A DNA stretch of 60,867 nt from Cryomorphaceae bacterium (GTDB lineage: Bacteria; Bacteroidota; Bacteroidia; Flavobacteriales_D; Crocinitomicaceae): contig JAJTDQ010000019.1 in NCBI GenBank assembly GCA_021300505.1, forward strand, positions 1-60,867. The letters are read 5' to 3'. Of this stretch, positions 56,920-60,867 are shown piece by piece. Position numbers and translations under genes: made by a program. Position 1 is the first letter of the stretch. Each line of letters opens with the position of its first letter. The notes beneath the pieces are model-generated. The model did no database searches. It was given only the letters and a program-made list of their open reading frames with translations, and was not told where the DNA came from.

Positions 56920-57831
56920 TTAATTGTTTCTAAACGAAAGAAGAGCACCCGATTTATCTACCGAAAACTGCACCTTTTCACCAAAAATCAACGCACGATT
57001 GTCAGGGATATGTCCAGCTGGAAACCCAAAAGCAATCGGAATTCCTAAGCCTCCAAAATGTTCAGTTATAATTTCTAATGTGTCTTTTCCAAAAGGTACC
57101 GCCGTGTCTTGCATGGAGGTAAAACTACCCACAATAAGGCCTTTCAACCCTTGACTCGCACCGGATCGTATGAGGGAATGCAGCATGCGGTCGAGGTGAT
57201 AGCGCTGTTCGGCAAGATCTTCAATGAATAAAATTCCACCGTCAAATTGTGTTTTGTCTTTGGTGCCTAGAAGGCTGTAAACTATACTAAGGTTTCCACC
57301 AACCAAGACGCCTTCAGTTTCACCATCTAGATTGTTGGTATGCGCAGGAGACTTAATGGAGTAGGGGTAGCCTTGCATTGCAGCGATCAATGTTTCAAGC
57401 GCTTCTTTGGTGTTTTCTTCAAAGTTTAAAGGCATACTTCCATGTATACTTGGCATTCCTAAGTGTTGCAGACGATGATGAAAAACAGTCACATCACTAA
57501 ACCCAACGAGCCATTTTGGATTTTCAGAAAACGCGTCCCAATCAATTTGATCCAAGATCTGAATACAGCCATAACCACCGCGAGCACACAAAATGGCTTT
57601 TACCTCAGGATTGTAGATGGCGTTGTTAAAATCCAAGGCCCGTTCTGCTTCACTCCCTGAGAAATAATGATGCTCTCCAAGACAGTGCGTGGAAATTTCT
57701 ACTCGGAACCCTTGATTTCTCAAGTAATTTTCCGCGTAATGTACATACGATGAGTCTATCGACTTCGCGGGTGCGGTGATGTAGATCAAGTCGCCTTTTT
57801 GTAGTCGGGGAATATGTGCTGTTAAACTCAT
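56920..57831 (-). CDS. LD-carboxypeptidase (peptidase S66)
   Basis: 'GFSDVTVFH' nucleophile motif and C-terminal 'GFPAGH'. The start is taken at ATG 57831. Confidence 0.8.
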   Translation of the reverse strand: MSLTAHIPRLQKGDLIYITAPAKSIDSSYVHYAENYLRNQGFRVEISTHCLGEHHYFSGSEAERALDFNNAIYNPEVKAILCARGGYGCIQILDQIDWDAFSENPKWLVGFSDVTVFHHRLQHLGMPSIHGSMPLNFEENTKEALETLIAAMQGYPYSIKSPAHTNNLDGETEGVLVGGNLSIVYSLLGTKDKTQFDGGILFIEDLAEQRYHLDRMLHSLIRSGASQGLKGLIVGSFTSMQDTAVPFGKDTLEIITEHFGGLGIPIAFGFPAGHIPDNRALIFGEKVQFSVDKSGALLSFRNN

Positions 57832-57914
57832 GAAAATCAAAAGTACAATTTTCAGTTGCGGAATGGAATAGGGGAGGAAGGAATTCGTAATTTCAAGCTT
57901 CAAATTTCGACAGA

Positions 57915-58361
57915 ATGATTTCTCCGTTTAATGATGAATACTTCATGCGCCAGGCATTGATGGAAGCACAGAAAGCCTTTGAAAAAGATGAGGTGCCCGT
58001 GGGTGCAGTGGTGGTGGTGAACAATCAAATTATTGCGCGATCGCACAATTTTACGGAACATTTACATGATGTCACAGCCCATGCGGAGATGCAGGCGATC
58101 ACAGCAGCAGCAGAAAACATTGGAGGTAAATACCTTTCAGGCTGTACTTTATATGTGACACTCGAGCCCTGCGTGATGTGCGCCGGAGCCCTGTACTGGT
58201 CACAAATAGACAAGGTGGTGTTCGGTGCGCGAGACCCCAACCGCGGAGCTGGAAGATACCAGTCGGAATTGTACCACCCTAAAACTCTCGTCACCAACGG
58301 TATTCTCGAAGCCGAATGCAGCGCACTTTTGGTGGAGTTTTTTCAGAAAAAGAGAAAGTAG
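57915..58361 (+). CDS. tadA: tRNA adenosine(34) deaminase
   Basis: 'HAEMQAI' and 'PCVMCAGAL' CDA zinc motifs. 148 aa. Confidence 0.9.
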   Translation: MISPFNDEYFMRQALMEAQKAFEKDEVPVGAVVVVNNQIIARSHNFTEHLHDVTAHAEMQAITAAAENIGGKYLSGCTLYVTLEPCVMCAGALYWSQIDKVVFGARDPNRGAGRYQSELYHPKTLVTNGILEAECSALLVEFFQKKRK

Positions 58362-58406
58362 GAATTAATTACGAATTACGTGTCGAAGCTAAAATCATGT
58401 ACTTCG

Positions 58407-58437
58407 AAGCTCAAAGAGCGAAGAAGCGTCTTTTGTC
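58407..58437. repeat. inverted copy (30/31 nt) of the repeat at 18629-18659
   Basis: The reverse complement GACAAAAGACGCTTCTTCGCTCTTTGAGCTT matches GACAAAAGATGCTTCTTCGCTCTTTGAGCTT at 18629-18659. Confidence 0.8.
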
Positions 58438-58514
58438 CATCAGCGAAGTGGTCCCAAGTCCAATATTCGTAACTCATAACTACTAACTTGAAACTAAAAT
58501 CAGGGCCTGAAATC

Positions 58515-59511
58515 TTAAAATCCTGATGTCTTAACGTCTACAGTTCCGTCCGCATGCAGCGCAAATCGTCCAGCATTGGGATCATGCACCATGTCATACT
58601 TCGGCCAGGGCCACCCGCCAAATTGTGTACGTTGGTATTCTTCGAAGGCCTCGTAAATTTCTAGTTTGGAGTTCATAACGAAGGGTCCGTGTTGAACAAC
58701 AGGCTCGTTGATTGGTCGACCTTGTAAGATAAGTACTTTGGATGTTTCTGAACCATTTTGAAGGGTTATCTCCACATCAGGATCAACAGCAGCGCCATGG
58801 TATTCTGGAAATGCCTCGCCATCAATGCGTAGGTCGTCGCCTTTATAGAAGTACAAGGTGCGGTGAATTCCTTGTATGGCAGGAGGAATGGTAAATGTTG
58901 CGTTTGGATCAAGCTGTAAGTTAATCACAGCAACATGGTTTTCAGCATTTGCCGCCCAAGAATCTGGCGGTGAATCTTGTGCTTTTTTTCCGTCGAAATG
59001 ACCAACGAGAATCTCAATATGGGTTAGATTATTCTTCTCATCAGACTTTGTGTAACGCGGAATATCTTCGTTCCAAAACATCTTGAAATGCGGTTGTACC
59101 ATCTTGCTTTTTCTGGGTAGATTCAACCAAATCTGAAACAATTCAGCAGGGTTATCGCCATCTTCATTCAATAAGGGAAACATTTCAGAATGCTGAACAC
59201 CTTTTCCAGCGGTCATCCACTGCACATCACCATTGCCATAGCGACCCGCCGCCCCTGTTGAATCGGCATGATCAACCAAGCCTTTTTGTACCACCGTTAT
59301 TGTTTCAAATCCCCGGTGTTTGACCATGGTACATTCTCCAGCCGTCTTTGACAATGAAGTCTTGACCTAAGTGTCTGCCTGATAATGATGCGGCAGGGCC
59401 AAGTTTCCCGTTTCCTTTTGGATATTGGTCTTCGTGGTGTACGCAGAAAAGAAATGGATCACGTGTTTCCCACTGAAAACCAAGGGGGATGAAACGGAGG
59501 ATAGAGGACAT
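58515..59511 (-). pseudogene. pirin-family (cupin) protein, frameshifted at the metal-binding motif
   Basis: The N-terminal ORF ends '...[13 protein letters not shown]'. A second frame continues '[11 protein letters not shown]...GDVQWMTAGKGVQHSE'. The expected 'HxH' before RGFET is reduced to a single H. Confidence 0.75.
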
Positions 59512-59603
59512 TGTTGAGGAGTTAAAAATTAAAAATGAATAATGTAAATTTAATGATTCCCCCCTAGAACAGGGTGAGTGCCAGAGTGAGAGCGAAGGGA
59601 AAT

Positions 59604-59704
59604 AAAAAAGGGTATGATCACTCACCCCCTCTATTTACCCTCGCTCCCACACTCTGTTTTGTTGGAGAAGAATCAAAAAAGGGGATAATCACTCATCCCC
59701 TCTA
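59604..59704 (-). terminator. two tandem terminator-like repeat units (59604-59633 and 59675-59704, 27/30 identical)
   Basis: On the minus strand each unit is a GC stem (GGGGAT/ATCCCC in the second unit) followed by T6. They lie downstream of the PiT gene. Confidence 0.5.
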
Positions 59705-59765
59705 AGTATTTCATTTTGAATTGCTTTAGCAACAAATTGCCGAAGGCATCAAATTCTAAATTATA

Positions 59766-60867
59766 TTATTGGAATAGCATGATGATGTAGTAGAATATAG
59801 CTGCAAGACCAGCACTTACTGGAATAGTAAGGATCCATGCCCAAAGAAGGTTGATCGTTACACCCCAACGAACGGCGCTAAGTCGTTTTGTTGCACCTAC
59901 ACCGATGATAGAACCAGTGATGGTGTGTGTTGTAGAAACGGGAATACCTAAGTTGGATACTGTAAAGAGTGTCAAGGCACCTGCAGTTTCAGCACATACA
60001 CCTTCCAAAGGTGTAACTTTCGTAATCTTTGTTCCCATTGTTTTTACAATCTTCCATCCACCCATCATCGTTCCAAGTCCAATCATCAGGTAGCAGCTAA
60101 AGGAAATCCACGATGGCATCGTATCGGAGTGTACTTTAGATTTTAACTTATGATCTTTCAACAATTCAGCTGTTTCTGGATCGATGTGTTCTTCGAAAAG
60201 ATCAGCATATTGGTAGTTGGTGTTCAATGTTTTATCATCGAAAATCAAGGAGTCATTCGAGGCATCGAATATCTTCTCACCACGCGTGTACACCAAAAGT
60301 TTGTCGCCATTTTCTAATTCAGGCTTAAACTTCTCTTTTTTACCGCTTTCTGTTTTAAATTCGATTTGGATCGTTTCAGTGACTTGAAGTTCTTTGTGTA
60401 CTGAAATCTTCTCGTCTCTTGCGTAGTTTCCGTAAACCATCAACGCAGCACAGATTATCCCCATTACTTTTTGAGAATCTGCTCCACCGTGACCTAATGA
60501 AAACGCTGCAGATGAAAGCAACTGAAGACGTTTGTGCATCATCGATTCTTTCACCGCTGAAGGCTTTCTTCCGTACTTGATTTCAAACCAGATGTACACC
60601 AAGATGAATACTCCGATCATACCAAGCGTAATGTACATCATGATTGGTTTCATATCCATGTAATCAATCATATACAACATACCGTAGAAGGTACCACCTG
60701 ATAGCAACAGAATCACAACCATTTTCTTGACGAAAGATCGACTTATGGTGACCAATGCAATAATAAATGCAATGAGTCCACCAATTATCGGCGCCAAGAA
60801 AATGAAGGCAACAACCTTTAAAATCTCCGATAATTCAATAACTCCTAGTCCTGCGTGTGCAACGGCT
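59766..60867 (-). CDS. PiT-family inorganic phosphate transporter, 5' end outside the window
   Basis: The frame stays open to the window edge ('AVAHAGLGVIEL...'). PiT motifs 'GHGGADSQK' and 'PVSTTHTITGSIIGVG', with a long hydrophilic central loop. Confidence 0.8.
   Translation of the reverse strand, partial: AVAHAGLGVIELSEILKVVAFIFLAPIIGGLIAFIIALVTISRSFVKKMVVILLLSGGTFYGMLYMIDYMDMKPIMMYITLGMIGVFILVYIWFEIKYGRKPSAVKESMMHKRLQLLSSAAFSLGHGGADSQKVMGIICAALMVYGNYARDEKISVHKELQVTETIQIEFKTESGKKEKFKPELENGDKLLVYTRGEKIFDASNDSLIFDDKTLNTNYQYADLFEEHIDPETAELLKDHKLKSKVHSDTMPSWISFSCYLMIGLGTMMGGWKIVKTMGTKITKVTPLEGVCAETAGALTLFTVSNLGIPVSTTHTITGSIIGVGATKRLSAVRWGVTINLLWAWILTIPVSAGLAAIFYYIIMLFQ

Noticed and set aside
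1-60867. A scan for CRISPR arrays, rRNA genes, transposases, integrases, restriction-modification genes or known defence genes.
   Set aside because: I saw no regularly spaced direct repeats, and none of the listed ORFs shows DDE, tyrosine- or serine-recombinase, Cas or methyltransferase/endonuclease motifs. rlmF is a housekeeping rRNA methyltransferase.

Overview
This is a chromosomal segment from a Bacteroidota, Flavobacteriia-like genome. The lineage call rests on gldH, PorP/SprF, type A and type B T9SS C-terminal sorting domains, a b558-type sdhCAB operon and TAnnTTTG -7 promoter boxes. About 55 protein genes are tightly packed, and most are housekeeping: gltX, folB, mnmG, ybeY, ispG, tadA, rpiB, rnr, rlmF, holB and sdhCAB. 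The rest are envelope, gliding or T9SS cargo genes. I saw no rRNA, CRISPR array, transposase or integrase.

Points that stand out:
1. A visibly AT-rich ~3 kb island (47.25-50.2 kb) holds four orphan genes. Two of them form a translationally coupled pair: a stand-alone ~205-227 aa primase-polymerase (AEP/PrimPol) and a very acidic 268 aa protein of unknown family. This is my best candidate for an undescribed module.
2. A 153 nt tRNA-Cys(GCA)-like RNA lies just downstream of gltX-folB, with ~100 nt of structured insert where the variable loop and T arm should be.
3. Three perfect copies of the 14-bp palindrome GTTTCACGTGAAAC bracket mnmG. One abuts the predicted mnmG -7 box.
4. A four-helix-bundle ('23S rRNA intervening-sequence protein') gene cassette, flanked by inverted TTAGT-type repeats, is inserted between sdhA and sdhB.
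5. A short intergenic repeat family is shared by two convergent-gene gaps 40 kb apart.
6. A 1301 aa protein combines a propeller sensor, a class III cyclase and an HD domain.
7. An ECF sigma factor is coupled to a membrane-anchored protein that ends in a T9SS type B sorting domain.
8. Five conserved genes (porP/sprF-like, holB, rlmF, rnr, pirin) carry frameshifts, internal deletions or a missing start codon. This suggests either assembly problems or real gene decay.

All family assignments come from motifs read by eye in the translations. No database search was run.
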